Of a DNA stretch of 64,000 nt, positions 15,056 through 29,300 are shown piece after piece. The DNA lies in assembly GCF_009914755.1 (NCBI RefSeq), contig NC_060927.1. One strand, written 5' to 3'. Both the position numbers and the translations under genes were made by a program. The notes under the pieces are model-generated. The model worked only from the letters and a program-made list of their open reading frames with translations, had not been told where the DNA came from and did not search any database. Source of the stretch: the human T2T-CHM13v2.0 reference genome, Homo sapiens. The stretch's first letter is position 1. Every line of letters starts with the position of its first letter.

Positions 15056-15376
15056 GAGACAATTCTAAGAAACATATTTTTAAAGTCAGCAACATTAGCT
15101 CTAGTATTAACACTATAGCTAGCATGAATTGAGAACATGCTAAATGCCAGAATTATCTCATTTATCCTTATTGTAACCCAATGAAATAGGTGTAATTAAT
15201 ATTTTCACGTTAAAGGAGAAAACTGAAGCTTGAATTTCATCTGGAATCCTTAAGTTAATCATTCCACAGAGCCATGATGGCATCTTGGATCCCCTGGTAT
15301 AAGAAACACCTTAGTCTCTTTACCCAACTGGACTTGAAAGTTCTCAGTATTCTCTTTCCCATAGTGTATATTTACT

Positions 15377-15890
<514 letters not shown>

Positions 15891-15894
15891 ATGC

Positions 15895-16100
15895 AACCAT
15901 ATGATCCAGCAATCATGTTTCTTGGTATTATCCAATGGAACTGAAAACTCATGCTCACACAGAAACCTGTATATGAATGTTTATAGCAGCCTTATTTATA
16001 ATTGCCAAAACTTGGAAGCAATAAAGACATCCTTCAATAGGTAAATGGATAAATAAACTGTGGTACATCCAGACAATGCAATATTATTTAGTGCTAATTA
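15895..16100 (+). mobile_element. Old L1 (L1MC/L1MB-type) ORF2-end fragment
   Basis: CCATATGATCCAGCAATC...AATGTTTATAGCAGCCTTATTTATAATTGCCAAAACTTGGAAGCAA...GGATAAATAAACTGTGGTACATCCAGACAATG. Confidence 0.8.
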
Positions 16101-16279
16101 GATACATGCATAGCACAGGTAGAAGAGAAGGCCTATAAAGATTCAGGTGTCTGACATATCAACAAACATTTTTTCCTTTTATTTTATTATAAACATTTCA
16201 AACGTACAGAAAAGTTGAGATAGCTTTACAGTGAACTTCTGAGTATTCACCATCTAGATTTTTATCGAGAATTTAAAAA

Positions 16280-17868
16280 ATTTTTAATTTATTTCAATAG
16301 GTTTTTGGGGAACAGGTAGTGTTTGGTTACATGAATAAGTTCTCCAGGGTTGATTTCTGAGATTTTGGTGCACCCATCACCCGAGCAGTGTTCACTGTGC
16401 CCAACGTGTAGTCTTTTATCCCTAGCAACCCCCCACCCTTTCCCCTGAGTCCCCGAAGTCCAGTGTATTATTCTTATCCCTTTGCATCCTCATAGCTTAG
16501 CTCCCACATATGAATGAGAACATATGATGTTTGGTTTTTCATTCCTGAGTCCTAACTCAGGACTTAGAATAAGTCACCAATTGGTGACTTAGAATAATAG
16601 TCACCAATTGGTGACTTAGAATAATAGTCACCAATTGGTGACTTAGAATAATAGTCACCAATTCCATCCAGGTTGCTGCAAATGTCATTATTTCATTCCT
16701 TTTTATCGCTGAGTAGTATTCCATGGTATGTTTGTATAGATATATATACACACACATACATAGATATACCACATTTCCTTTATCCACTTGTTGATTGGTG
16801 GGCATTTGGGCCGGTTACATACTTTTGCAATCGCAAATTGTGCTGCTGTAAACACGCATGTGCAAGTATCTTTTTCGCACAATGGCTTCTTTTCCTCTGG
16901 GTAGATACCCAATAGTGGGATTGCTGGATCATATGGTAGTTCTACTTTTAACTCTTTAAGGAATCTCCACAATGTTTTCCATAGTGGTTGTACTAGTTTA
17001 CATTCCCACCAACAGTGCAAAAGTGTTCTCTTTCCACCGCATCCAGGCCAACATCTATTTTTTTTTTATTTTTGATTATGACCATTCTTGAAGGAGTGAG
17101 TTGGTATCACATTGCAGTTTTGATTTGCATTTCCCTGATAATTAGTCGTATTGAGCATTTTTCCATTTGCTTGTTGGCCATTTGTATATCTTCTTTTGAG
17201 AATTGTTTACTCATGTCCTTAGCCCTCTTTTTGATGGGATTGTTTGTTTGTTTGTTGCTAATTTGTTTGAGTTTGTGTAGATTCTTGATATTAGTCCTTT
17301 GTCAGATGTATAGATTGTGAAGATTTTCTCCCACTCTGTGGGTTGCCAATTAACTCTGCTGATTATTTCTTTTGCTGTGCAGAAGCTTTTTAGTTTAATT
17401 AAGTCCCATCTATTTATCTTTGTTTTTGTTACTTTTGCTTTTGTGTTCTTGGTCATAAAATCTTTGCCTAAGCCAGTGTCTAGAAGGGTTTTTCCAACGT
17501 TATCTTCTAGAATCTTTATGGTTTCAGGTCTTAGGTTTCAGTCTTTTATCCATCTTGGTTGATTTTTGTATGAGGTGAGAGATGAGAATCCAGTTTCATT
17601 CTTCTACATGTGTCTAGCCAATTCTCCCAGCACCATTGGTTAAATAGGGTGTCCTTTTCCTACTGTATGTTTTTGTCCGCTTTGTTGAAGATCAGTTGGC
17701 TGTAAGTATGTGGGTTTATTTCTGGGCTCTCTATTCTGTTCCATTGGTCTATGTGCCTATTTTTATACCAGGATCATGCTGTTTTGGAGACTATGACCGT
17801 AAAGTATAGTTCGAAGTCGGATAATGTGATGCCTCCAGATTTGTTCTTTTTGCTTAGTCTTGCTTTTG
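16280..17868 (-). mobile_element. L1PB1-like 5'-truncated LINE-1 (3' UTR plus ORF2 C-terminus)
   Basis: TTTCAATAGGTTTTTGGGGAACAGGTAGTGTTTGGTTACATGAATAAG is the L1PB1-type 3' end. ORF2 remnants [24 protein letters not shown] and [18 protein letters not shown] appear in the ORF track. Confidence 0.9.
16561..16663. repeat. Palindromic minisatellite, 27-bp unit x~3.8
   Basis: Units GACTTAGAATAATAGTCACCAATTGGT start at 16561 (25-nt variant), 16586, 16613 and 16640 (partial). Each junction forms the palindrome AGTCACCAATTGGTGACT. Confidence 0.97.
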
Positions 17869-17919
17869 CCACCTAGATTTTATAATTAACATCTTACCAC
17901 ACTTGCTTTATCATATTTG

Positions 17920-20440
17920 ATGAAGTGTTTAGGAGTCCAAGAATCTGGGGCATGTCTAAGATAACATCTCTGAAATAAAAAATAAGTTGATTCATCTCAC
18001 ATTCCCCACCACTAAGAAAAAGACAGAGTGTTTAGTCATCTCTTTTGGATTTCAGAGACAGCATATACTGCTCTGAGGAGTACTACTGTTTATTTGTTGG
18101 GTAACTTGGAAGGCTCACAGTTTCAATGGCATTCAGAGCAAAAAGAAGGCTCAACAACAAATCCAGGCAGCACTGCAAACTGCCTTACTCTTCAAACTAT
18201 ATAATCAGCAGTACGGCACTACCCATATCCATGGTGAATATATTGATCCATTGTAAACACGGGTGTAGGGTCTCTGGAAAACGCCAATACAAAACCAGAG
18301 CAGAAAGGTCCTTTGTATTTTGGAGCAAGACCGCATCTTCTGTAGCATGAACTACATTCGTTTTTTGCAAAGCAGCCCCTGGCTGCTACTGAGCCTTTAC
18401 AGAGACTGTCTGACTGAATGGCTATGTAAGTTTTGCTGCCCATAATGAACTGGCCTTTTAGATCTACCAAATCATAATGACAGACAAATACAGCAGCAAT
18501 CCATCCTAGTATAGAAGCAATTAAAAATCAGGACCAAGCAGAGCCAGAGAATACAAAAATGCTACATGAGCAGGACTTCCGATACTCACACCACCTAACT
18601 CTATGTCATCAATGTCTGAACATCAACTCACAACTAAAATCTTATTGAGGGCATGGGAAGTATTTATACAGTCAGCTGATGAAGGAAAAAAATATATCGG
18701 TCTCAGTTCACAGCTGGGTTGTATACACTATGTCAGTACAAACTGAAAATGGACTTCCGTTGCACCATAGCCCCACTTAGGGATGGATCTAAATGTCGGT
18801 TGTGAGGGACAGTCCTTCCAGTGGACAGAGCTGAGAGCAGTAAATTTGATTATTTACTTTTTATGTAAGAAGAAGTAGCTTAAGAAGGACATACATGGAC
18901 TCCTGAGTATTGGCAAACAGCTTGGTTGGTTGGTCAGGGCCTGAAAGGAACCAATTTGGAAGATCAGAGAGGAAAAAATTGTCTAGAGAAGCAAGTGACA
19001 GACCCATTGAAGTGGGCACAGATCTCATGCTACTTCCCACCAGAGAATATCAAAGTCAGAGGAGACACCAAACAACCAGGATGACTCATCCTGTGGATGT
19101 CAGACAGCCACTGTCCTTGACCACCCAATGTGCTTATCCATTAGGTCCAATAATGAAATACCAACGGTAACAGGAATAGAGGCTGTGCATGGAAGAACCC
19201 AACAGTTTGGGCTCCCACTTATTAAGGCTGCTGTTGAATACACAATGTGCCAAACTGTTAACAAGCTGGCATGAATCCTTTGATAAAGCAGCAAAACCTA
19301 AGATCAGCCAAACACTCGGTAGCAGGTTGATTACATCAAATCCCTTCCACCCTGGAGGGGGCAATGATTCATCCTTACTGGAGTCGATACTTACTCCCAT
19401 ATGGCTTTGATATTCCTGTCTGCCATGTCTGACAGCACCACCATTCAAAGGCATATAATGTACCTTGTTGATTATATGGATTCCCATATATTATCACTAA
19501 AAATCAAGGGTTCCATTTTACAGAGAAAAGTTTGCAACAATCAATTCATGACCAAATGATTAATTATTTCTACTATATAGTGCATCACCTGAAAAAAATT
19601 CACCTACTTATAATGATGGAATTGCTTGTTAAAGGTTCAACTAAGGTGCTAACTCAGGGCAAAGACCTCTGTGAAGTTGGGACATTGTCCACCAAGAACA
19701 AATATATTAATTAAACAAATAGTGATGTTATGCCCCCAGTAACTAAAATAAACAGGTCTATATAGTTGTTTGACCCTCTCACCATCATTCCCAGTGGATT
19801 CTCAGTGGTCTACTTACAGAATGTGTGCTTCTTGTCCCTGCACCTTTAGGTTTTATAGGATTCAGAGGTCCTGATACCCAGAGGAGTGCTGCTTTCACTG
19901 AAAGGAAATGATAAGAATCTCAATGAGGCGGAAACTATGACTACCGCCTGCCTCTACTTTGGGTTCCTCATGCCAGTGACCTAACAAGCAAAGAAAGGAG
20001 TTACTATTGTTTCGGGAGGTAAGCAAATGTGATTATCTTGAGGAGTAGGGTTTCTTACCATACAATGAGAACAGACAGAATCTGGAATACGGGGATTCAC
20101 TGGGGGTCTCTGGGTACTTCTATGCAAAGTGATACTGGTCAATAGCCAATTTTAGCAATCACAGCCCAGTAAGGACAAGGAAGCTAAGAGCTCAGATCCC
20201 TCAAGGATGGAGATGGCATGCCACCAAGCAGGCAGTCTAGAGGAACTGAAGTGCTGGGCAAGGGTGAGGGAAATCTAGAATGGGTGTTGGAGAAGCTAGA
20301 TGATGAATACCAATTATAACCTCAGATTCAGTTGCAGCAGTGGAGATTGCAGCTTATTACACTAATACTTTGTATTAAGCTCCTTTTTGGAGTGATTGCA
20401 GCTGCCAACACTTTGAAGACTCAGTGACAAATTGGTCTTA
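17920..20440 (+). mobile_element. Degenerate ERVL-class internal region (RT/RNaseH/integrase remnants; HERV16/ERV3-16A3-like)
   Basis: GTTTAGGAGTCCAAGAATCTGGGGCATGTC...CCCACCACTAAGAAAAAGACAGAGTG...TTTGGATTTCAGAGACAGCATAT and GGTAGCAGGTTGATTACATCAAATCCCTTCCACCCTGGAGGGGGCA resemble HERVL pol and integrase. Many stops and frameshifts. Confidence 0.75.
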
Positions 20441-20444
20441 ACAT

Positions 20445-20846
20445 ATGCAGAGAATGGATTGAATCAGATGCCTCTCACGTTCTGCCTCACTTCCTCTCAG
20501 TCTTATTTCAGTTGCCATTTGCAGTTGTAGCTGTGGTGAACAATTACTTGGTAAAAGGGGTAAAGAGTTCCAATACTGACCACATATTTCCTCAGGCATA
20601 TCATTGGCCTGCTGTGGCATTTTTCAGGTACTGAAGAAGTGGGATACCCACAGGAGTTTACTGGGCATGGATGCATGCATAGCTCAAGTGCAGGGGAGAT
20701 CACCACCCAAGGCAACCCTCAATGGGTGATGTGAGCCAATGACAATTGCTTCTACCTATTGATTCCTTGGGTCACTTCCTGAAAAAACTACCTGAATGCA
20801 AGCTCTTTTCTCAATCTCTGCTTTCCAGGGTAAACCAGGGTAAGAA
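20445..20846 (+). mobile_element. LTR16-like 3' LTR of the ERVL-class element
   Basis: Ends CACTTCCTGAAAAAACTACCTGAATGCAAGCTCTTTTCTCAATCTCTGCTTTCCAGGGTAAACCAGGGTAAGA (cf. LTR16 AATAAACTACCTGCACCCAAG...CTCTGCTTT...AACCCAAACTAAGACA). It lies directly downstream of the internal region. Confidence 0.6.
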
Positions 20847-20901
20847 AGAAGCCAATGAAAGTCCACACAGCTCTTGCAAATAAGATATAAAATGCTGCAG
20901 A

Positions 20902-21215
<314 letters not shown>

Positions 21216-21418
21216 ATAAAATGCTGCAGAAAAACAATAAAAACTTTCACTCTGCAAACGTGCTGGTTTCAAGGGTAACAGAAAATATAATTTTTGACTC
21301 ATTCTAGCCAATTCCTCTATTATCATAAGCCAAAAGTTAGGATAAATACATTCCCTTACAAATTCTTCCTCACCAAAAGTTATTAAAGAGAAATTACTAT
21401 AGGAAAGAGAGTATATTT

Positions 21419-21935
21419 TGTATTTGTTTTCTATTGCTGCTGCAACAAATTATCGAAACTTGGTGGCTTAAAACATAAATTTATTATCTTATAGTTCTAT
21501 AGGTTAGAAGTTCAGCACAGGTCTCACTGGGCCAAAATCAAGGTGTCAGCAGAGGTGAATTCCCTTCTGTAGACTCTGGGGGACAACTGTTTTCTTGACT
21601 TTTCCAGTTTCTGACGGCTTCCTGCTTTTCTTGGCTTATGATGCCTTCCTCCATCCTCAAAACCAGCAATGGGAGATCAACTTCTTTTCACATCATATCA
21701 CTCTGACCCCTCTTCAGTCTTCTTCTTCTACTTTTAAAGACTTTTGCAAGTATACCAGGTCTGCCCAGATAATCCAGTATAATCTCTCTATCATAAAATC
21801 ACCAAATTAGCAACCTTAATTTTAGGTACAATCTTAGCTTCCCTTTGCCATGTAATGTGACATACTCATAGGCTCCAAGGATTAAGACACGGACATATTT
21901 GGAGTAGGGTGGAGAGCATTATTCTGCCTATCACA
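21419..21935 (-). mobile_element. MLT1D-like solo LTR (ERVL-MaLR)
   Basis: On the + strand it reads TGTATTTGTTTTCTATTGCTGCTGCAACAAATTATC...GCCCAGATAATCCAG...GGATTAAGACACGGACAT...CATTATTCTGCCTATCACA, the reverse complement of MLT1D. Confidence 0.85.
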
Positions 21936-22157
21936 ATATTAAAGAAAGAGAAAGTTTATAAATTTCCTTTTAGGTCTACTGTCATATTTACTTTAGACCC
22001 AAACTCTCATTCAATTTAATCCAACTTCAATTTCTTGGCTGTACTTTTATTGACTTACAACATTTGATTACATCAAGTCAGTGAGTCTATTTTCATTTTG
22101 TAGGTGAACAGAATGGGATATGAAAAGCAAAAGCCAGAAATTACCCCCCAAAAAAAT

Positions 22158-22256
22158 GGGGGAGGGAAGGAAGGAGGGAAGGGGGGGAGGGAAGAAGGAA
22201 GGAAGGAAGGAAGGAAGGAAGGAAGGAAGGAAGGAAGGAAGGAAGGAAGGAAGGAA
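22158..22256 (+). repeat. Polypurine tract with (GGAA)15 microsatellite
   Basis: 15 uninterrupted GGAA units at 22197-22256, preceded by degenerate GGAA/GGAG units. Confidence 0.97.
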
Positions 22257-25019
22257 AAAACTTAGATTTTATTTTTAGGTAAGAAAAATATGCTTAGCTA
22301 CTCAACCTTAAGGTCATCGGGTTGGAGAAGGCTGTCCCAGGAGGAAGTACTCATCTGCTTGAAATTAATCTCTTTTAAACTCAAAGTTCTGATGAGAGAC
22401 CCTGTTTGTCACAACTAGTCAAAACTCTAGTCAAGTAGGAACTTTTACTAGCATTATTTGTTAAAAATAATAATAATGAGAGAACTCATTATTTAAAAAT
22501 CATAATGTAAATTACTTGCATCTTGTCTTTCCAGCTCAAATTTTCTTGATCATGATATTATGAACAATATTAAAGAGTAGATGGTAGACTATAACATCTC
22601 CTAGAAAAACAAAAGGGCATGAACTGATAAAATGTATCTTATAGGCATCTTCAGTAATTACCATTCATTGTTCTCATGTGAATTGTTCATATTTTGTAGC
22701 CTCCCAAATCTGATCTGTTAGATTAAATGTGATGAAACGTTTCAGTTGACAACATGTAATATTTTATTTTACTATTGATCTCAATCCATGTGATTAAGAG
22801 TAATTTTGTAAGACATATTTCTTTTGTACTAGTAAATCCAACAAAAGTGATAAAGAAATGGCAGGGAGGCGACATCCTGAATATGCATTTGGCACTTCAA
22901 AACAAATGGATTGTTAAAAAGTTATTTGAGATTAGTTGAGCATGAGTAGGTATTTATTGCTTTCTTTTTGGCCAGAAACTTGTTAGTGAAATAAGGCTAA
23001 TGGTAGAAATATTTCCTCTTGTAAAGCATAATCATCTCTTCTTGAGAAGACTGGTTTTAAAATATCCTAGTGCTTTTAGATATTGTACCTTTTTGGTTAT
23101 GCCAAATATCAGTTCACTTTGGAAAGCCGGTAATATGAAAAATGATGTCACTCATCATTAGTACAGAGGATTAAAGAGAAAACTGGAACAAGAAAGATGT
23201 TTCAGAAAGGGAAATCAGTGTCTGAGTCTGTGTTGTACTATGCCATTCCCCACCTAATTAAGTGATTTACTTCCTTTTGAAACTATGAATTTCCACTCCA
23301 GAAAACATCTATTTATAAAGAACCCTTTTCTCTGCCTCACTCTCAAATTATTTCTTTTTTTTTCTTTTTAGTTGTCCTTATTTCTATCAGCAAAAAAAAT
23401 CTATTGATAATCAAATATTAAGACCAAAAAAAAGTTGGCCATATTTACAACTAATCATACTTGTAAAGGGAAACTGATGGAGACTACCTGAAATGAAAAG
23501 TATTTAAAATCAGAAAATTTGGGTTTTTTTATGATTTGGAGGATCAGGAAGGAAACTATTGGGGAACTATATGCATGCATTATACAAATGATCTTTGGAA
23601 CCTATATTTACTATTCCATTCTTAAAGAACATTTATCCTTATAAACATTATTAAATAAATTTAAAAAGCAAGCAGATCCATTTCTTATTTACTTAAGGGT
23701 CAAGTTCTTGAAAAGTAAAAGGAAATTAAATTATAATTAATTTTGTCCAGATGAAATAAATGTAAAACAGGTAACATATTTCAGTTGAGGACAATGTGAA
23801 TTGTCCAATTTTCCATATTTCCTTAATATAAGCAGTAACGGAAAGGTTTTAGAGAAAATAAATACATGAAAAAAATTTGTCATAAATTGCATTTTAAAAG
23901 TCACTGGTAATCTCTAGTCAATCTGCAGACAACGGTAGCATCTTTAGCTCTTTTACTTTTCATCATATCCATTAAAGAAATTCTCAAACATGAAGTCTTT
24001 GACATATATTTGTTCACCAAATTCTAATGAATATCCCTAGGCACAATAAGTAGTACACTACAAGGAGGAGATGTATTTTACCCAGGAAGAAGGCAAGGTT
24101 AGTGAATTTCTTACATTGTATAGTTCTCTGTCCACAGAACCCTCTAATTTCTACAATCTTACTTGACAAACTCTCTACAAACTTGATATCACCAGGAAGG
24201 CACCCCCATCCATAATTACAGAAGAAGCAACTTAAGTTGCTTCTAAGTGAACCTAAGAAGTCTTAGTTACTTACCAAATAAGTGCACATTTAAATATGAA
24301 CCCTGTGTTTTATCCAACTCGCTAGGTAATTGCTCAGAGAACTCATTATCTAAAGACATAGTAGCCACTAAAAACACAAATACACCTAAAAAAGGCATAG
24401 ATAAAATTCATATGTAACAAACCTCTGATGGGTGTTATTTTGTGTGTAGCTATTTAGTTCCTCCTTTAACATCAAAATAATTTCCTTTACTAGATATTTT
24501 TCATGTTCCATAGTAAAAAACCATTTACCATGTTCTGGTAAAAACCATTATATTTGCCACGTGATATCTTCCATCAATTTTAGCAGGAGAGTTCTTTAAA
24601 CATAAGACACATATAATTCTTTTGGTGAGGAAGTAGAAAATTACACTACTATATATTCTTGGTATATTTATTTGAATTAATCATAGCGTATTAGTAATGA
24701 GAACATGAAGCATACCTTAATACCAGTACTGACATCTATCATAACATCTGCATTGTATATAGGGGCTTGTCTGTATGTAAAGATTTAATATAACAATCTT
24801 CATGGATTCCCATTTCTATTAGAATTATCAGATTAGGAGGTTGGCTGATTTCCATTTCCAAACATCTCCATGTTAAAAAAAAATATTTGTACATTATGAT
24901 TACTGCCCTTTGTGGTTGTGAGAGTTTTAAATTCAGAATAATATCACCAAACCCCAGCTAGTCAAAACACTGAAAAATGCACACTGCTGTCTAGGATTAA
25001 TAATAATAAATTCCATGTA

Positions 25020-25205
25020 ATGAATGTCTTTTACTGAGTGTGAACACTAGTCAATTTATTTCATTTAACCCTCATCTCCCTGAGTAAACTCCTTAAGTAG
25101 GTGTCAATATCCCATTTTACAGATGATAAATATAAGACTTAGCAAACTCGTGTAACTTGCCCAAGAATACACAACTAATAAATGTTGAAGTTGGCATTTG
25201 ACCAG
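25020..25205 (-). mobile_element. MIR SINE
   Basis: CATTTAACCCTCA...ATCCCATTTTACAGATGATAAA...GTAACTTGCCCAAG is the MIR core in reverse. Confidence 0.7.
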
Positions 25206-26159
25206 CGTCGGGTAACTCAAAATTCTTGGACAACTAGTTTAAATTATTTTTTAAAATTATGTCAGCAATTATCATAGAAGTTTTTATAAGAAAGAGTTTT
25301 ATTTACCATACTAAAATATCAGTGTAGCAAACCCAATTACTTCGAATTTCTCTGCAAGTGTCTTTTACACATTTTGAAACTATCCTCTCTTCTTAGAAGA
25401 TAACCTAGTCTGTCTATATTTTGCTTAAATGACAAATCACAAAAGAACTTCCAAACATTGGGTTCAAAACTGTATATAACAAGAGGCAAGAGATGTCCTG
25501 GAGCACATATATCATTCGCAATTTTGGCAGATAGCATTAAACCGCATCTTGTTGTAGTGAATCACACAGATATTAAGGAAGATGATCAGTTGAGAGGGAC
25601 ATGACTTTGCTTTCAAATCACGGTAAACCCATCAAAAGACTGCATGAAGTTCTGTAGCAAGTTACTCTAAGCAGGATAAAGCATGACCGACTTAAAGAAC
25701 CATCAAACTAAATTTCAAAATTATAATAATCCCAAAGCACACATTTGTTGAAGACAGGGACACAATGTACAGTTTAGCAGAATGAGCAACCAGAGTCTTG
25801 CCATTTAATGATTTATTTTTTCAGATTTAGAAAGCATAAAGAAATTAGCAATGGGCTTTTGACTCACTTTGAACTGTAGGGCCAATATTATGGCTGGCAG
25901 GTATCCCCATGATAGGGACATGTTAGTGCCATAGCCCCACCCACAGACAGACATACCATACCTGTTCTTTTCCTCCCAGTAGGTATGAGTGGCATCTCCC
26001 CTGAACATCCCTGAAGATAAGCTCTAGTTAACTGGTCTGGCCTTAAGCTCCCAGTTGGGGGATGCTGAGGTCTCCCACAGATTGAACTCTGGCCTAGTTT
26101 CAAGTAGAAATCCTGGAGTCAACGCTGAACAACAAAGCCACCTGAAAGGGGCAAAGGGA

Positions 26160-26350
26160 AAGACTGGGACAAATAATCTAGGTTCAATTCCTGTTCCTGT
26201 CCTTGCTAGTGTGCATTTTTGGAGAAATTACCCAACTCTTTGGAGTATGCGTTTGCTACTCTGTAAAATTACAATTGAATAATAAAAGCATAAATGGTAT
26301 TGTGAAGCTGATAGAATGCCAAAAGACTTAACATAGTGGGTTCTCAGTAA
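26160..26350 (+). mobile_element. MIR SINE
   Basis: CTAGGTTCAATTCCTGTTC...CTCTGTAAAAT...ACATAGTGGGTTCTCAGTAA. Confidence 0.55.
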
Positions 26351-29300
26351 TTTTTCCTTCCTTCTTTCTTCCTCCCTTCCTTCTTTCCTTCCTACATACC
26401 TGTCACTATATCTGAGGCTCTCCTCCTATCTGCTGGGTGGTAGGACCCAGAAGCTTTAAAGAAAGCACTTTTCTGTCATTTAAAGCTTGCACTCCTCAAC
26501 CTCCTCATTTGGCTCCATGTCCACGTTTGCAGTTTACCTTTACTACTTCTAACCGAGGAAGTGAAAACTGGTAACCCTCCTTCTCAGTCTTTTTCTATGG
26601 AGCCCTAGGGTCATTGTGAGCAGGCCTGGGGAGGATTTTTTCACTAATGCTGAACTAAATGATGTATTAAATTGGGTGAGGGCTGCCTTCAGGTGAAGAT
26701 GAAAAGTACCTTGGCTGCCCTAGGAAAGAATGCTTCCCCCAGGATGTTTTCAGCTGCACTTTTCCATTCCACTTTAAATAGCACAGGTGATAAGGACTTT
26801 ATGTGCATAATCCTCTGAACCAGCCCAGCAGCCCAGTGTCACCTTCTGCTACAGAGAAAGAGAGAAGGGAAGGTTGTGCAAGAAGAGATGCTTTAGCTTT
26901 CCTTTCAATTTTTTTTTTCTTCCTCACTCCCCTATTGGAAGGAAAGAAAATACGAGCATAAAGAAGGTACCACTTATTTTACCAAAACTTCAAAAGACAC
27001 CAAATCCAGGTCTCCAGGTAAGTTTCTGGAGTATTCCAGTTATCTTTGATTATGGTTCCAATTAGGATAAGTTTTGCTAAAATGAGTTAGGTATTTCTCT
27101 GTGCCTGCCATGGTCATATAATGGAGACAATCAGTCATTTACTGTACACATCAGTGCAGGACTGAGGGAAGGCTTTTAGAAGATGTGGGACTCCACCTTT
27201 TCAAAGGGTCAAAGGGCAGACAATTTCACAATAAAGGGCAGAGAGACTTGGACCTCAAGGTTATGGGAGAAAACCTGCTATCTGATCAGAGTGCAAATTG
27301 CTCCAAGGATTGGCTGTCAATCACAGAAGAATAAGTAGACCATTATATTTTACTGTCTGCTCCTTGCATAGACTAAATTAGAGCAGTTTGTGTACTTTTT
27401 ATCACTTTCTTTGTACTTTATGTTGTTAAAAAAATGAATATGGCATATATCCAGTTTTGCCATCAGAGCTTCAAATACAAAGAATATTGACAGAATATTT
27501 TTAATAATTTTTTTAAAAATCTTCCCTGGCTATATAAGAGATAAAGCTGTTTTGTTGAACCATACAAATAGAAATTACAGGAATTAGCCATAAAAATATG
27601 GATACTGCCTACTTAAAGCTTACATATTTTTACAAGTAAATGATAGAGCAGGGTTTAAATGCAGGTCTGTCCAAACTCATACCGCATAGAAAATTGTGAA
27701 AATTAAATACAACGAACTCTAAAAACTAACTTAGGGCAGTGCCTGGCATGCAATAAGCACCCAATAAAGAACACGCACACGCACATTTCATTTCTGCATT
27801 TGTCCACAGGGCCCTACTCACTGTATACTCCGCACTCCATGGACTTTAAATACAGCTACCTAAGTGACACAGTAGCCCAGCAGCTGGTTAAACATCAGCA
27901 AGTAGAAATGACAGAATGGACAAAGAGGCTATAGAGAAAGGAAGGAATAGTTTTTAAGGTGTGCTACCTGGAGAAAAAGAAGGCTCTGTGAGGTAGCCTA
28001 GATGAGGATGGGGGAAAAGTTCTTTAAAAAAGACAACAGGTAAGGGAAATGGTACTGGCTTAGTGGCAAGTAGGAAGATTATAGGATGCAGTGTGCGACT
28101 GAGTTCTGCCAGCCACTAGACCTTACTAACAGCCTGTCTCTGAGTCTCTTTTTCTGCAGATGGAGGTCATAGGTGAAAAAAGGATATGTCGAAACCCTGA
28201 GTAGATGTACGACAGAAGTAGAAACAAAGTCTCCTCTTTGTTTGCCCTGGGATGTAGCCATATTTCCTTATGACCATATCCCCTGTCTGGCTTGCAGACT
28301 ACTGTACAGTTTTTGCATTTTTTCTTCAGAAATGACTCACAAATGCTATATTATTTTACCTTCCCAAATTGCTTTCCATAAACCAAAAAAAGGGGGGCTT
28401 GGAGTGATATTATAAACATGGCACATCTGTTTTTAATAAATGAAGAAGTATTATAAAATTTTTACTTTGGGGAAATATCCAGAATTTTTTCCTGAAGAAA
28501 AATTGTATCCATCTGGTCCCATGAGAGCTGGTTTTTACATTAAGGAATATTTGTTGGTTGGGTGATTGGAGAGTGGGAGTGGGGAAAAGGGGGAAGTTGT
28601 TAGATCCAACACTTATCGTTAAGTGGAGTTAGTTTCTAAAAATGTAGCATCCAGAAACTGGTGAGTAATCCTTCTTCGTAGTGCAATATTATGTCACCAG
28701 ATCTGCTGAGCTAATGCACAATAAAATTAATCCTCCATTTCTGCAAATGCTGGTGATATGGCAATCACAGATGTGCTGAAATAGAAGTGTTCATGCCAGG
28801 CAGAGTTCACGAGCCACAGATCTAGCCAATTGTCAAATTTCCGGCCCACACTTCACTCCAAACCCACGCTATCTGAAGGGAGGAGGAAGTGGCTGAAGAT
28901 TCACTTATCAGCTTTCCAACCCTATCTCATCTCTTTCTCCAGAGTTGTTATTGCACATTTTTGCCATTATTTTACAATTTCCAGCCAACTTGGCAACATA
29001 CTATTTATGAAGACAGTATGTGGTAGGGCTCGGGCAGGAGAAGTGAAAGTAGGTAAGGGCAAAGAACTGACATTCATGGGCATGGGCATTAAATGGGGCC
29101 TTCTAGATTTAAATTTCCCAAAAACCTTGTGGAGCTGGTGTTACACTTCCAATTTTAGACTGGAAGAAACTGCCCAGTAAGCATACCAAAATCAGTACAA
29201 CCCCAAGCTCTTTCCATTATACCATGTTGATCCAGTCAGCATGTCTATGCTTACATTCTTCTTCTGAATGATCCCTACTGATTTCCAAAAAGGAAGCACT

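Larger units (their letters stand above)
16170..17920 (-). mobile_element. Old L1MC/ME 3' fragment (16170-16262 and 17870-17920) split by the L1PB insertion
   Basis: TTTTATTATAAACATTTCAAACGTACAGAAAAGTTG...CACCATCTAGATT resumes after the insertion as CACCTAGATTTTATAATTAACATCTTACCACACTTGCTTTATCAT. The repeated CACC(AT)CTAGATTTT acts as the TSD. Confidence 0.6.

Noticed and set aside
16561-16663. CRISPR-like array of palindromic repeats
   Set aside because: The intervening sequences are identical rather than unique spacers, the unit derives from L1 sequence, there are no cas genes, and the DNA is human. It is a minisatellite.
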